From Diadema antillarum (lineage: Eukaryota): 64,000 nucleotides of DNA. Positions 63,169 to 64,000 of the stretch are shown here, one piece after another (the first letter of the stretch is position 1; the number at the start of each line of letters is the position of its first letter). The stretch is taken from positions 186,001 to 250,000 of the forward strand of contig NW_027271575.1 of assembly GCF_040938485.1 (NCBI RefSeq). Direction: 5' to 3'. The position numbers were made by a program, and so were the translations under genes. The notes beneath the pieces were generated by a model. That model did no database searches. It saw only the letters and a list, made by a program, of their open reading frames with translations, and was not told the DNA's origin.

Positions 63169-63766
63169 GTGTTATCTTTTTTTAATTAACACCAGTACAG
63201 TGTCAAAATAACACCAGGTACAGTGTCAAATTAACACCACGAAGTGTCAGGTGAACACTTTTCAACACCATCACAGTGCATTTTCAACACCTGTGGGTGT
63301 GGTCCTTTATTGAAGTTTGATCGGTGTTAGATTTAACACCCGTGGTGTTAAATCTAACACCGATGTTTTTACAGTGTAGGGCAGTGATTTAACAAAAAAA
63401 TGTTCAAGTTCTCACATTAGATGTATATGTCTATGTGGGTCAGTCGTATCACAAAACATTGTACCATTTAAAGATTTCGAAATAGCCTGTAATATAAGGA
63501 GATATCACTATTTTTTCTCCAAAAAAATTACTGTGGACGGTTTATTCTAGAAACAATTTATTACATAGGCCTACTATTGATCACATTTTGTATATTTAAC
63601 AATACTTTTATTTTGAAGCACTAAAGCTGGGTTTTTCTTTCATCTGCAAACGGTAAATAATGCCTTTAGGGCCCCATGTTCGTGACAAGGGATAAAAACA
63701 ACCTTTTGAGACAGGCGCATCATGAGCTTTGTTCAGAACGAGAAAGGGAGAGGGCGGATCCATTAA

Positions 63767-63850
63767 CCCTTTGTGGGCTTTGATCGTCGATTGACACGGA
63801 AAACCCCACAGTGCTGTGCACTGTGTTCAAAGTTCCTGGTACAGAAAGGG
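63767..63850. mobile_element. Tiny piggyBac-like element
   Basis: TTAA|CCCTTT ... AAAGGG|TTAA. The same terminus TTAACCCTTTCTGT also occurs at 17578. The TIR is short, so this is weak. Confidence 0.45.
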
Positions 63851-64000
63851 TTAATTATTGTCACGAAAGCAACCAGTGTTGAGCCCGAAGACAAAGTGAC
63901 TTGTTGAAAACCCCAAAAAGGCGCCAAAAATAGGGCTCTGTCTGTCCTGAACATGACGCCACTGTGGATTTCAACCGGATCCTTTCCTTGACGAGGTTCC

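Larger units (their letters stand above)
61398..63376. mobile_element. Inverted second copy of the CACTG element, split by a LINE insertion
   Basis: TA|CACTGCAAAAAG ... TTTTTACAGTG|TA. Segments 61398-61721 and about 63166-63376 match the reverse complement of 11709-12239. Confidence 0.85.

Overview
Eukaryotic (metazoan) genomic DNA, AT-rich, with GT-AG introns, many microsatellites and five N gaps. An invertebrate deuterostome such as a sea urchin is my impression from repeat style only. I assembled three intron-containing genes by hand. (1) The 3' half of an annexin (+, 380-6986). (2) A 26-exon, about 1331-aa single-pass receptor (+, 10788-34340): signal peptide, Thr-rich segment, five thrombospondin type-1 repeats (TSRs), one TM helix, an about 650-aa low-complexity juxtamembrane region with two peptide-repeat arrays, and a tyrosine-kinase-fold domain that lacks the DFG motif (HRD->HGD, DFG->NVS). 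(3) A complete 520-aa SLC16/MCT-family MFS transporter (-, 40264-48618). The TSR receptor tyrosine pseudokinase is the most interesting object. It has ten tandem R-P-x-S/T motifs (the consensus of the ciliary kinases CILK1/ICK and MAK, and DYRK-like), eleven copies of a GG[MIV][TN][LMF]xQAxxGK repeat that I do not recognise, and a furin-type site next to the membrane. Non-coding regions hold a Helentron-associated (HINE/DINE-1-like) element, several MITEs, two nested insertions, SINE fragments, a 5'-truncated LINE and a near-perfect 44-bp hairpin just after the receptor's likely poly(A) signal. All gene models and family calls were made by eye; no searches were run.
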